Source of the DNA: Saccostrea cucullata
Taxonomy: Eukaryota
Reading direction: 5' to 3'
NCBI RefSeq assembly: GCF_032062105.1
Contig: NW_026922866.1
Location: forward strand, 62,001 to 126,000
DNA length: 64,000 bases
In this document: positions 47,631-61,772 of the stretch, piece after piece
Numbering within the stretch: position 1 is the first letter of the stretch
Layout of the letters: every line of letters starts with the position of its first letter
Position numbers and translations under genes: made by a program
The notes under the pieces: model-generated
What the model was told of the DNA's origin: nothing
What the model saw: the letters and a program-made list of their open reading frames with translations, nothing else
The model's database searches: none

Positions 47631-49725
47631 GTACATGTACCTCACATGGAGTTGTGTATTGAGTTAAGCATGTTTCTGGTTTACACAAGGCTTTCGGGGG
47701 GAAAGTTAAGTAGTTTTATAAAGCAGGAAGGTTCTTCGACTTACGATGGATGAATTGCGTGTCAGAAAAGCTTGGGTGCGAGTGTCCACCAGGAAAAATT
47801 CGATCGAAGTACAGGTAAACAATCAGAGAATGTCAACTGTTTCTTGTTCATTTTGAGAGAAAATGAAGTGTTTTATTTTATACCCGAATAAAATAGTTTT
47901 GTAATCAGCTTTCGCCTTAATTTGTTAAAAGATTTTTCTTGAATTCGAGAACGATAATGTTATTTTTTAAATATTTTTTTTAACAAAGTTTTACCTGTTA
48001 TGTCAACGTATGTGTCACTGGATCAACTATTTGAGCTATAAATGTTTGAAGCCATTTAGATCTATTTCTCAGAGATAAGACGTTCATATAGTTTGCTATT
48101 TCGCTGCATTCAACATTTAACAAAATTCAAATCACTTCAATACAATGACTATATTTCTCACCTTAGACAGTATGGTCATTAAACTTTCTGTATATTCAAT
48201 TTATTCATCGATCTTACACAATTATATACATTAAAACTTATTTTCATAGCAGAAGTACAAGAGAACCAGGCAGTAACACAGATGAAAGATGCGGTTGCAG
48301 AAAGATCCAAAGTCAAGCACATAAGACTAAACTGACTTTGAATGATCAGCCCCCTTAAAAATGCAAATCAAATACAGGTATGAAACTGATGCAACAGAAT
48401 ATGTTCTAGGACATATATTTAGAATTTATTCTCGAAGACATAGCATATCAAAATATTACAAAAAGGTCATGGATGTCTAGTGATGCTTTACCCTCACCCA
48501 CCCCAAGGTTTTCTTTCAGACATTTACCTATGATTCATCTATACTGTCATCTCACCTCACTATTAATTGATTGGTTGTTGTTTAACTTCCCTCTTAGGAA
48601 TTTTTTACTTGTTAGGAGACGCACCCACTTGACGGTGGAGAGCTGCAAATTTTGTCCTATATTCGGCAATCAGGGTAATTGAGCAGTGCATGAGGTATAT
48701 TTTTCATGCAAGTACCTGCGACATGGTTTAAATGGTCTCAGATGAAGGACCGGTCTCCACGTCCCACAGTGGGATTCAGAATCTGCAACGTAATCACCTC
48801 ACTATAAAAATAGGATGATACCCTTGTGTACAGATTAAATGTATAATAATATTATGTATACCGGGTACATGTATAAATTTTTGTTTACAAAATGACTAAT
48901 ATGCTTGTCAACATTGGCCATCATTAAATATGTTTTTATCCAGGTTAGTAGGTAGTTTTATTTTTAGCCGTACTGTATTGAAAAACATTGATAACTGTCA
49001 TATTAACAATCACAGACTCAGAAATCTGTTGATGTTTTCATTACTAGCTAGATCCACTATAATATATGTATAGATCGAAAAGCAGCTTTTAAAAAAAATA
49101 CCTTATCTTTAAAACATCTGTGGAATTAAGGGGGAACATTAAATGAGAATTGAAGTGCTGAAAAAATTATTGCTAATGATAGGGTTGATTTTAATGGGTC
49201 AGTCTGAGTACATTAAACAAATCATTTTGTTAATGTTGGCACCCTAGATATGAAAATACAGTGTGTAAAACAAGTATTCTAAAATCATTTTTTTTTTATG
49301 AAAACATTTTTTTGGTATAGGAAGGACAATTTCTATTCTGTTTTTCTTGTAAACTTATTAATAAAATTTAGTGAAGAAGGTTAAGATTTGTATTAAATAA
49401 CTGGTAAATGGTAAATGGACATTTACCAGATTTATAACTCATTACACCTTAATTATCAGTGATGCATTCTGATACAACTGGCAATAATAATGAATAATTC
49501 GTATGACATGTTACAGAAGTTTGCTAAATTACAGGATTTTGTCTGGAAATCTTAGGACATCAATTATTTGATCAAGAATTCATCCAGCTTGAAGTCCAGC
49601 CATGTGCCTCACCTGTCATGTCATAATTAAAGGTAAGTAACCATACATGTATCTGCAAAGAATCTAACAAGCAAAACCTTCAAAAGATTTACTTTTAAGA
49701 TACTATTTAATTTTTAGTTCTAATA

Positions 49726-51479
49726 CTGTATAAGCAGAATTTTAAGCGAGGCATTATCAGCTAGGTTTCTGAGATTGCTAAAATTGAATATCACTGAAAA
49801 TTAAATGTGTTTAACTTGTAATAATTATTAATGTTAATTAAAATTACATACAAATATTCTAAAGTTAGTAAGCTTTAAAAAATCACTACAATAACTTCTC
49901 GCTAAATAGAAAATACCAAATTTTAAGGACAAATCACTAAATTTACATCTCGCTAAAATTTCCACTTACTGTAGTTTCATCAATATTCGTTGAGCACAAA
50001 TTTTCGTGGATTTCGTTGTTGAGCCGATCCACGAATTCAAATCCCATATGAAAAAATACTATTAGAATTCAATCGGAGTATTCAGTTGACTACTAGTTGA
50101 CGGTCAACTGACTGTCAATTGACCATTAGTTGAATTTTTGCCATGCAAATGAGGGAGCGATCAACTCATTTGCATAGAGTGGACCACTGTTGAATGCTCC
50201 TATATATTCTTTGCAGTTGACTGCTAGTTGAATACTCCTCTATTTCCTTTACAGTTGACCGCTAGTTGAATACTCCACTATTTTCTTTGCAGTTGACCGC
50301 TAGATGAATACTCCTCTATTTCCTTTGCAGTTGACCGCTAGTTGAATTCTCCTCTATTTCCTTTACAGTTGACCGCTAGTTGAATACTCCACTATTTTCT
50401 TTGCAGTTGACCGCTAGTTGAATACTCCACTATTTCCTTTGCAGTTGACCGCTAGTTGAATACTCCACTAGTCAGTGCACCTAGGTTGCGTTCATTAAAT
50501 ATTTGAAAAAAATGGAGAGAGATTTGAAATCTATAGTGTTCTTAAAAATATGAAAAGTCAAACCAATAGAGTTTCTAAAATAACATAAATGTACTTGTAA
50601 ATCTTAATGCATAATAAATGAATTGAGCTGGCACACTCTCATTAGTTGTTACAGTCTTTCTTCATTTTTCTTGGCAGAAAAAAGGTTATATATATATAGA
50701 ATAAGTCTTAAGCAATCGTGTACTTTTACAATACAACAAGAAATAAATCAGGACACTTGATGCATAACAGGTTTTCAGAATTATTTCAATATTTAAAAAA
50801 GTACACAAAAAGGGACATATACTCTGATACTGGCTACATTGTTTTGCATTCCTATTATCTCATTCTGTTTAAAAATAACAAGTTTAGTAAAAACAAATCT
50901 TTAAATTTTATATACTTACAATAGTACATGAGATGTTTCACATGCTGAATCATTACGAAGACAATAATAATGTTTCAAATCAAAATTCCTATCTTCTACA
51001 GAAACACACATGTACTGATTCAAATCTTGGTTGTTGTAATTATGGTATAACAAACCCGATCTATGATATTAATGTAATTTTGAACCCAACATAAATTTAG
51101 CGTGGGAGAAATTTTCTAACAAGTCGGAGTGTTCAACGAGTGGTCAACTCTTGCTCTGCATGAAATTTCAAAGTATGAGCATTCAACTAATGGTCAACTG
51201 GCCGTTTTATGCAAATCAGTTGATCGCTTTTCAAAAAAGCATTCAACTCCGAGTGGTCAACTGTTTTCGCATTAACAGTTGACGACTAGTTGACGGCTAG
51301 TTGACGGTCAACTACACATTTTCGTATGGGATGTTCATTGAATTAGGAAATATGACATACATTTGTATAGGTAATGCTTTTGTCCACGAAATTACGTATC
51401 CTCGAAAATGTCTGTTTTATGTTTTACAAAATCCACGAAAATTGATGCCGACGAAAATTGATGAAACCACAGTATACAG
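49726..51479. mobile_element. TA-flanked MITE containing a second MITE (49969-51472) in its right TIR
   Basis: ctgtataagcagaatttt ... aaaatttccactta[ctgtagtttcatcaatattcgt ... acgaaaattgatgaaaccacag-ta]tacag. Confidence 0.75.
50043..51330. mobile_element. Non-autonomous EnSpm/CACTA-like element with 38-bp internal minisatellite
   Basis: Ends cccatatgaaaa / ttttcgtatggg with 2-bp TSD AT. About 7 copies of gcagttgaccgctagttgaatactccactattttcttt (50213-50470). Many agttgac/gtcaact subterminal motifs. Confidence 0.7.
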
Positions 51480-52987
51480 TATTTTAATTTCTGTATGTGT
51501 ATGTTACATTTTATAAAAACAAAAAATATATATTTAAATAAATTCATTTTTATTTTAGCACTTTGTGACAGTGGGAAGATGGGACTTAAAACATGACATG
51601 GCTCTATATAACTGCATCAAAGACCAATCCAGGTTTAATTATAAAGAGAAGGAAAACAGTCAAGAATCATCTGGAGCCACATGTACATATGTAACCGCCT
51701 TAACAACATGTCCTCTTATTTAAGAAATCACAGTGACCAGTTGTACATATAATGTCGGACGAGATCTTGATAAAAACTTTTGGTGCACTCATCACTACCT
51801 GCAAAGAAATGAAAATTTTAAATGACTTGTATCAACACTTTTGTACTTCATCTGGCTTGTGTTTTCAGATCTCGTTAGTCTTAAAGTTTATTTTTCTTCA
51901 AACAAAATTATTATAAAGTACGAACCTGCAGGTGTAAAAAATTTGAAACAATTTGCTTGTCTCAAAAGCAAATTATCTGCCATTTAGCAGTGTCATGAGC
52001 AGTTTATTGAGGTCACAATTCCACCAGCAAAGAGTACATCGGGTATTTGTAGCTGAATGGTGCCAAATAAAACACTTTTCACAACAACCTGGAAAATGTA
52101 TAAGTTGGAAGTGAGGATCTACACAAAAAAGTGAATACTTTCTCAAATATTAACAATATATATATATTAAACAAATTAAGCATATTACACAAATAACTAG
52201 CAAATATACAAAGTTAACTTTCTTAATTTTTTTTTCTTAAGTTCATGTATAGTGTATCAAAATAAACATGCAATATTTGTCTTGTTACACTGAAGTATTT
52301 TTAAGAAAATGTTTTTCGTTGAAACAAATGTGCAAACACTCTGGACAGTTAGCTATATTTATAGAGAACTTGCATGTACTTTAGTCCTATCAACATGCAT
52401 TTTCAATCATTGGGGTGTAATGTTAGTCACACCAAAGGAAAAAAAGTAATTGTTAACAAATGTTTTTACCAATCAAATTTGAGATTTCATTAGAAATTAT
52501 GTGCCAAATTTAACTAGTAGTACTAGTTCATTCAACTTAATTGATTTCTCATTGTATGTGAGCTTTCATGAATTTGATAAATAAATGAACTAGTAGGTTT
52601 GAAATTTTGAAGTTAAAAAAAGAGCTGCCCAAAATTTACCCAATACAAAATAAAATAAATTCCATCATCAACTACTTGGAAGTTTTCACACTCTTCATGA
52701 GTTTAGGAATTATGAGATACACTATACATAATGTAAACATATTACATTTAGCCATGTATTCTATTTAGCAGAAAACATAGTCCGCCTAATTAACCAAGTC
52801 ATGTATATGAATTTTAAAACTAGCACATTCAGATTGCGCTAAATCGAATCTATGATAACTTGTTGAAAATTGAATTTCCACCAAATATCGTACACGCCAA
52901 ATGTATTCATTTACAGTATATATGCCTCATGAACAGAACAGATCTATACCAGTATATGGATGACACATTCAGTCGAAGCGTTGTCCC

Positions 52988-54560
52988 TTTTTAGCTTACC
53001 TCAACGAAGTTGGGGGGAGCTTATGTGATACCCTCGGCGTCGGCGTCCCAGGTTAAGGTTAAGTTTTTTGGGGCAGTTTTCTTTTTAAGTACTTCTATGT
53101 CCTATATTGATTAGACATGCATGGAAGATGCTTCTAGTGTCTTTCATTGTACCAGTCCAAGATTCAGATGCTGCAGTTTAAACAAATAAATGACCAGATT
53201 AATGTTTTATGGAGCAGGTTAACATTTTTGGTGTAGGTTTCATTTCCAAGTAACTATAAGCCCGATGTTGACCAAACTTGCATGGATGATACATCTAAGG
53301 ATGCATACTACCGGGCTTGCTTCGGATGCTGAATCTGACCTACATTTCCCGGTTGAGTGAACAGGTTAAAGTTTTTGGTGCAGATTTCATTTCCAATTAA
53401 CTATAAGTTTTATGTTGACCAAACTTGCATGGATGATACATCTAAGGCTGCATATTATCGGGCTTGCTTCGGATGCTGAATCTGACCTACATTTTCCGGT
53501 TGAGTGAACAGGTTAACGTTTTTGGTGCAGGTTTCATTTCCAAGTATCTATAAGTCCTATGTTGACCAAACTTGCATGGATGATACATCTAAAGATGGAT
53601 ACTACCAGGCTTGCTTCGGATGCGGAATCTGACCTACATTTTCCGGTTGAGTGAAAATGTTAGTTTTTGGTGCAGGTTTCATTTCCAAGTAACAATAAGC
53701 CCTATGTTGACCAAACTTGCATGGATGATACATCTAAGGATGGATACTTCCAGGCTTGCTTCGGATGCTGAATCTGACCTACATTTCCCAGTTGAGTGAA
53801 CAGGATAAATTTTTTTGTTCAGGTTTCATTTGCAAGTAACTTAAAGCCCTATGTTGACCAAATTTGCATGGATAATACATCTAAGGATGCACACTACCGT
53901 GCTTGCTTCGGATGCTGAATCTGATCAACATTTTCTGGTTGAGTGAACAGGTTAAAGTTTCTGGTGCAGGTTTTATTTTCAAGTAACTATGAGTTCTTTA
54001 ATGACCAATCTTGCATGGATGATGCATCTAAGGATGCATACTACCAGGCTTGCTTCGGATGCTGAATCTGACCTCCTTTTTGTGGATGAGTGAAAATGTT
54101 AGTTTTTGATGCATGTTTCATTTCCAATTAACTATGAGCCCTATAATGAGCAAACTTGCATGAACGATGTATCTTAGGATACACACTAATGGACTTGCTT
54201 CGGATGCTGAATTCGACATACATTTTTCAGATGATAGACCAGGTAAAAGTTATGGTTGCAGGTCTATTTCCAAAAAACTATAAGGCTTATATAACATTGT
54301 ATAAACCAAACTTGCACAAATGTTGCATCAAGAGATGAAATCTCTCAAATTTGCTTCAGATGCTGGATTTTGATTACATTTTCATGAAGAAGAACTAGTT
54401 TAAATTTTTTATGTAGGTCTATTTCAAAGTATCAGATCAAAATTGCTTTAATATTTTCATTTTTGGAATGTACACTTATTGTTGGTTAATTGTGTGACTT
54501 TGCCTTACTTAAAGACAACATTCGTTGAGACGAGCTCTGTAATCTCTGATTACCTATGTT
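52988..54560 (+). mobile_element. Helentron/HINE-type element with ~8 x ~147-bp tandem array (53215-54390)
   Basis: Subterminal IR agcttacctcaacgaa / ttcgttgagacgagct, (ggcgtc)n, 3' hairpin gtaatc-tct-gattac; monomer caggtt...accaaacttgcatggatgatacatct... Confidence 0.8.
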
Positions 54561-57457
54561 TCCGTATCTGCTGGATCCCTGTAAAATATGATGACAAATG
54601 TAGATAAATTATTCTGTCGTTGAAGGATGAATGTCCTATTGACCCAGTTATTGCCTTTTTGGAGACAACGTTAGATTAATATATCTATGTCAAACGCCTT
54701 CATTAAAAATATTCCTATTTCTAATTCCTATTTTAAGAAAGAAAAAATATGTGTCGCATAATTGTAAGAGTATTCAGGAAGGGAGTCATAAGGCTATTTA
54801 AGTTATATTGAAGTTGAATATATAATGTATACATCCCTGTTTACATGAAAGATGTAATATTTGACATTTTTATTTCTGAATACTAAGAGTACATTACAAA
54901 GTTGATCTATTTTATTTCTACTGTAATTCAAGTAAAATACATAGGTTAAGCCCCCCCCACCTTTTTTATTGCAAATATATACATAATATGGGCATTGGAA
55001 ATTGGAATTTACCTTTATTTTGTTGGTTAAGCCCCCCCCCCCCCATTCTATGTACCTGCCCCGCGTGCAAAAGAAATGAACTAAATTTAAGGAACCAATC
55101 TTTAGGGAGCCTTATAGTTTGGAAACACCTATTTCAGCTTCTAAACTATTCAAATTTTCCTTTATGCTTTAAAATGTTCGCCAACCACATGGCTTATCGT
55201 GACCCATTCGGAATGGCTTGTATGTACGTCATTTAATGAAACAATAAAGCAATTAAACGCTGTTTATCTGTATCAATCAATCCATTTTACCCTCTTCTTT
55301 TCAACAATTGGGGAACAAATGACATGAAAGGATCCACTAGTCCACCACGAGGCTTAAAACCTAATGCGAAGCGGTAATCCATTGTCTCCACGAACGCTTA
55401 GGTACCCGGGAGTTAGAAAAAGAAAGTGAAAGTTAACGAGACTTACAGACCCTATGAAACATAAACAAAATACCAACAAACTATACTTTTATAATTTGTT
55501 AAAGTATTTTGATAGTATAACATTTAATCAAACACTATAAAACACTGTTTCTAAAATTAACATAAGTGGAAGTGGTTTGTTATTCTTTCGTTTCTGCTGA
55601 TTGTGTTTTCTTTATATTTTGTCAGACTTGGCATCTTGCAACAGTATTTTGTTAGTATAGCATTTGCAACTAACCACATGGAAATTGCTTTAAAGACATG
55701 TTTAGGGTTGAATTATCTGAGAGCTGTAACAGCTTCCATGAACAACTTATCTATTAACATTCCGTTACTATTTGCGCCACTTTTCAAACCACCAGCAGTA
55801 GGTCAGAGAGAAACAGAGATTGGTGAAGGGACATGCAAAGTGTTAGTATATATATTTATATATTGATCCCTTGTTGGTAAAAACAAAATCAGGATGAATC
55901 TGGATATAAAAGAGGTATTTATTGCATGACATAACGTTCTTTTTTACTGGACTATAGTAACATTCAATATGTGGATGTGTATATGGTCTGTTTTACTGGG
56001 GTTTTATTTATTTTCAGATTGACCTTTTATCCCTTTACTAGCTTAGATCAGTTTAGCATTGGATTAAGTGATGGATACTTGAAAATTCTGTGAAAATGTA
56101 TGTGATTGGAGAAGTGGCCAAGGACTGAAAATGACTGGGCTTAGACCGAGAATTTCCCTTTAAGCCATATCAACAGCAGCGATTAGCTTCTCCAATTGCA
56201 CATTTGTGTAAAGTGATGTTACATCACAGCTGACCAGCAAGTTCTTATTGTGTTGTCGCAGAAGTTCAGTCTTCAATGTGAAGTCTGAGATATCCATAAA
56301 ATATGTGGCTGCTCAAGTTTTGAATGCACAATAAATGATTAAAATTATAATCAATATAATTGACTACATTTTAGCAAGTGCCTTTTTGAAATGTAATATG
56401 CCTTCCTTGAGAAATAAAGGTAATTTGCAGCATCTTTTAAATTTTGTGTATTTTATGGAGAAGTTATAATCTCTCCTTCCTCGTGTTATCTGCTAACTAC
56501 AGAAAGCTATAAGTAATATGGCCAAGGACACCCTTTGCATTCATTTCAGCAATGTGTTTATCAAGATGTTTTGATTTGGGATACTAAATTCAGCAGTTAT
56601 ATTTTGAATTTTAATGCCGTCCACACGACTTTTTACTGCGTTTTATTCAGTGACATCATTTAGTCAGTTTTTTAGATGAAATTTTTGTATTTATTAAGTT
56701 CCATCAAAAGCAAATCTGGGTTTTCAAATTTCTCTCCGACTTTCAGTGATGACAATTTAAGTTTTGTATTGTTAAAGTACGTAATATAGAGTCATTATAA
56801 TTCTGGTTCCAATTCAACCGCTTTTAAAGCGGAAAGGAGGCATCGCAATGTTCTCATTAGGATCATGAGACAAGTATCTATTTTCAACTTTTCAGCAAGC
56901 TCATTGATAAACTTATGAGTATACTTCTTGCATGTTGTGACTTGGAGAGGGCCCTCTCGTAAAATTTTTCATAATCAGACAAAATGTCCGATGTGAAAAT
57001 GAGATACAAGCTTACGAGCTAAGAGAACTATTGTTCTATGCTCTCTTTGTTAATTGGCTTTGTAATTATATTCTTAAGCCTTGCGCAATTTACGCTTTAA
57101 TATAGTGTTCCGATCGGAATGACGTATCATTCTGTTGTGAATGTACTTGTACTTTTAGAACCAGCGCACGTGGAAGATCACGTGATTCAAATCTCCATTC
57201 GTACATAGCAAATCAGAGTGGTTGGAACTTAATCAGCGAGTGATAAAATACAAGCATAGCTACCTGCTTCATTACTCCCAATCAAAACACAATCCAAAAA
57301 CATATTTCTGAAAGTATAAACTTATTAATGCAGTCACCCAGTACAATTCCAGATACGTTTAGGGTTTTCTGCAATCTTATACGACGGAATAAAGAGATGC
57401 TTGAGAATTATATATTTGACCGAATCAAAATTCAAAATATATGATGAATAATCTATT

Positions 57458-60251
57458 CACCCATTCTCAATATAAGGGCACAAATGCCTCTCTGATTTTT
57501 TAAAAAATGAAGTTCAAGATAACAATTTTTCTATCAATTACTTTTGAAAGAAAGTATCTGAAGATTTTGTTTCCAGGTTTTTTTTCATCAAATTTTAATA
57601 CATGGAATAATGACAAGACGGTAAAGTAGAGGGTGATTTTATTCAGAAATGTAGCTTGAAATGTACGTTACTCTTTCTTCAATGTCCAATAAGATATGTA
57701 AAAAAAAATGTAGTCATTAAAATCACAATTGGAATATCTCATCTTAACACCAGAACATCCTACCAACTCTGTCAACAACATATTTTCTCGGCATACGAAC
57801 GTGCGTTTGATTTTTCCTTTCAAAAAACAAAGGTTACTTTTTGATCCAGATGTATGAAAATTTTTTTTAAATATAAGCTTTAAATTCTTCTCTCTGTTTT
57901 GTTTAGAGCGATCAGTTTGTAATCTTGTCATTTCTATAGATAGTGGAACTTAACCTGTACATGTAATAAAATTCTATTTTGTAGTTACTGTCTTTTTTAA
58001 CATATATCCATGCCGATTTAGACAACTACGTAAATGTAACGTACATTTCAAGATATATTTCTGTTTAATAAAAAGCTTAAAATTCATCTAAAAATTCATC
58101 GTTTTGTTTCAGTTTATTCCAAAAAAGATTCTCTATGTAATCACATTGTGTTATATGTCACAATCACCACTATAAAGACACGATTGCCTCGGAATATGAG
58201 TAGATAACGTACATTTCAAGCTTGTAATAATATGTAAATTAGTAATAAGAAAGATTATTGAAAAAAAGTAATTATTGACATAAAAATCATTTCAATGAAG
58301 CGTTTTAACGCAGTAATATAAGAAATCATAATGTAACAAACGTGGTTATTTGTCATCAACTACAGGAATGTCACGTCACTTCGGTAACGTTCATTTCACA
58401 TATTATTGGGGAGTCCCCTCCACCTCAGTTCATTACCATTCTTTTGTGCTGTTTCGCTGAAATTGACACCGGTCGAAGCCTAGTTACTTCTATCTGTGTG
58501 CAAGGGTACAGACAAAAAAAAAGAGTCAGACGTAGTTTGCTATGATCTAACAAATGCTTGTGTTTGGCCATTGAAACTTAACGTAAATCTGTTTCGAATA
58601 TATCCATCGACAGTCTACATAACAATTTCATTTAGTATGTTGCAACATCGTTTGTCAAAACACAAACATACGTACTTTTCAGCAGATCTGGAACAATATA
58701 ACCCAAAATGCAATGATTAAAACAAAACTGAGTAGTGTGCCTTTCAGTATTAGAAATGTACGTGGCCGTCTTGTGTTCTGGGTTTATTTGTTTTGTTTCT
58801 TTTCTTTTTTTTTTGTTTTGTTTTGTTTTGTTTTTTTTTTACCAAATATAAGCCTATGCATACCTTGTTTTAAGTTATCAACAACAATTAAATTAATATT
58901 GACGAAAAGGCGCAAATTAAAAGTAAACAAACTGCAAAAAGGTTGCTAAAGATGAATTTAAGACACTTAGAAATAAATTTTCTAGCATGTGGTAATAATC
59001 TACCTCATTTACGAGGATTTCGGGGTACATTTAGATGGAATTATGTGGTCAGTTGTCAAATGGATTGTAACGTTAATTTTGTTTCGCTCGTGTAAACGCA
59101 AATCATTGACTAAATAAAAAAAATGCCAGTTAGAAATGCGCAAAATGTACGTTACCATACGTAACGTACATTTCAAATATAAAAATCAATTCTCTTCCAC
59201 AAGCGTACGTTAGATACGTAGTATATTGATACTATTTGAACTTGCATATCATAAGAAATGCATCATACAGGTTTCGTATTCAGAAATATATACCAGGTAT
59301 CAAAATTATATTACATATAATTGACCTTTATATATTTTGTTTTCCTCAGCAGAAACGTTTCTTTTCATTAATTTTTGGATTTAGCTGACCTCCAACCTTT
59401 GAAACTTTCCTTTGTGTACACATTCGAGTGTGTGAAAGTATGAGAATACATGATAATTCGTGCGAGATTCACTTAATTCGAATTTCACGGTAACGTACAT
59501 TTCAGTAACGTACATTTCAAATGATCACTTTTCATGTAAAAAATAATTTTTAATTGTGTTAAGCAAAACGTCTTTGCCAGTTTACAGGATACAAGGGGTT
59601 GCTTATTCAGAGTCGTCTCATATTTTCTACTTAATATGTATTCTTAATGGAAGAATATAGGTAACGTACATTTCTTTCTTATCTCTACGATTGAAAATGT
59701 CTTTCATTCCGTAAACATATTTATAAAAGTTGCTCAAATTGTTCAATTTCATGTTACATTATCTAAGTAGGAGTTATTCATCCTCTCAAATTTCAAATTT
59801 AGCCCATCAATAAATAAAGGAGAACAAAACTATCAGGTGTATAATCTTTGTGTTTGCTTGTAATGTGGTTGAAATAGAATTAAGCGACAGGGACATTGCA
59901 CAATAAAAATTATTTATTATCACAAAGAAAATGTATTTAATGTTATGAAAAGAAATATATATGATACAGGGTTTAACTTATCAGAATTTTTTTACTTGAG
60001 AATCAAAACTATATATTACACAGAGGGTATTCAGCATAATATTTGCCTCGGCGACAGTAACGTACATTTCAAATAGGCTACTATATTTGAATTTGGAACT
60101 CCTTAAATACCCTTTCGGATCGATAATTATATAAATTCTTATTCATTGTTATATGACTATTTATAATGTTGATTTAAAAATTACATCAGTGGTATTTCTT
60201 CTAAATGAAAACGAGGCGACATTATTTGAGCCCTTATATTGAGAATGGGTG
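57458..60251. mobile_element. Non-autonomous DNA transposon, CAC..GTG termini, 4-bp TSD (Chapaev/CMC-like)
   Basis: 28-bp TIR cacccattctcaatataagggc(a/t)caaat; TATT on both flanks; no coding capacity. Confidence 0.8.
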
Positions 60252-61629
60252 TATTTCAACGTTCAACATATTAATTTTTGTATTATATCTTTATCAATTC
60301 AAAACTTGATATTTGAAAATTTTCATTCTTGCTTACATACAAATATGTTATTAATATATTAAAAAATCATATATAAAAAACAAAAATAAAAAATATATTT
60401 CTATTTAAAAAAATAGTTTATAGGGACATACAGGGGATAACACACCGTGTACCGGACATGTCTTTCATAACGGTGTCTACTATAACTGTTAGATAATGAA
60501 TATGACAAAGTGCTAATAGAATATTTAAGAGGTATGTTTATTATTACTGAATATTGATTTTTTAGCCCCACCCCACATTTGAAAAATGCTTTTATTAATG
60601 TTTGAAGTTGTTTAAGTAAAAAATATTGAGACATGATTAAAATCGTTAAGGTGTTGTATCCTTGCAACACATAAAATGAGGCTATGTATGTCAAGCTATC
60701 CAATGACTGACGATGAAGAAGTCATTAATCAATTTTAATTACCTATACTCCTAGGGATTTCTCCGAAGTTTGAAGCAACTTGACTATAGAGATACAAATA
60801 ATTGTTTGATAATAAGAGTGTAATGCGGTGTAAACTGCAGTACTCGTAAGCTAGGAAGTCAAGACTTGGGGTATTGTACGTTAAATCCTCTTGTGACGTC
60901 ATTCTTTGTCTAAATGCTCCATTACTTTTAAGGAATGGAGAGTTGCGAATTTCATTGATAAGCAATTTCTTATGTTCTTAGTCTACTTTCCATGCCTCTA
61001 CCGAGGAAAGAAATTTTTTAGAAAATTTTCAAAGTTCTTTTTCAAAACATTGAATTTTCTGTTTATTACATTTTCTTTTATTTTCCCTTTGCTTATTTGT
61101 CTTTTTGTAATACAGTCATAGGTACATGACGTCATAGTCGAGCGGTTGAGTTGTCATAGCTAAGTGATACGGGATTGAAAACATTGTAAACATGGATTTC
61201 AGCAACATATTTGGGGGAACTTTGGCAGTCTTATAGTCTTCNNNNNNNNNNNNNNNNNNNNNNNNNNNNNNNNNNNNNNNNNNNNNNNNNNNNNNNNNNN
61301 NNNNNNNNNNNNNNNNNNNNNNNNNNNNNNNNNNNNNNNNNNNNNNNNNNNNNNNNNNNNNNNNNNNNNNNNNNNNNNNNNNNNNNNNNNNNNNNNNNNN
61401 NNNNNNNCAACACTCTACTTTATGGAAAGGTAAATCGAGAATTTTACCGCACTGTGATAGGATATCATTTTGATATCGCTTCACACTGTGTCAGGATATC
61501 ACGTTTATTCAATGGATAAATTTCAGTATTTCACTGTTGATAATGTAATAAATACTAATATATAATGTCTATTTACAGTCTATCATATAAATATTCTTTA
61601 TTTTATATTAATGAGTAATAAATAAAAGC

Positions 61630-61772
61630 ATTAAAAGGGCGGATTTTACGCGGGTTAATGTACGAGTATCGCTCCATTCATTAAAAGTAATGGGCTCCGG
61701 CCCCTTCGGGGCCTCGGCTCCATTACTTTTAAGGAATGGAGCGATACCCATACGTTAACCCTTACATAAATA
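61630..61772. repeat. Long palindrome with central ggcccc-ttcg-gggcc hairpin
   Basis: Arms gggttaatgtacgagtatcgctccattcattaaaagtaatgg / ccattacttttaaggaatggagcgatacccatacgttaaccc. An extra arm copy lies at 60917-60941. Confidence 0.75.

Larger units (their letters stand above)
47640..52090 (+). ncRNA. Probable spliced non-coding or micropeptide transcript (exons ~47640-47814, 48250-48377, 49517-49632, 51559-~52090)
   Basis: Donors cag|gtaaac, cag|gtatga, aag|gtaagt; acceptors; AATAAA at 52066 and 52261; only very short ORFs. Confidence 0.4.

Noticed and set aside
49170-49215. C/D box snoRNA in the putative lncRNA intron
   Set aside because: Imperfect C box and too short a distance to CTGA
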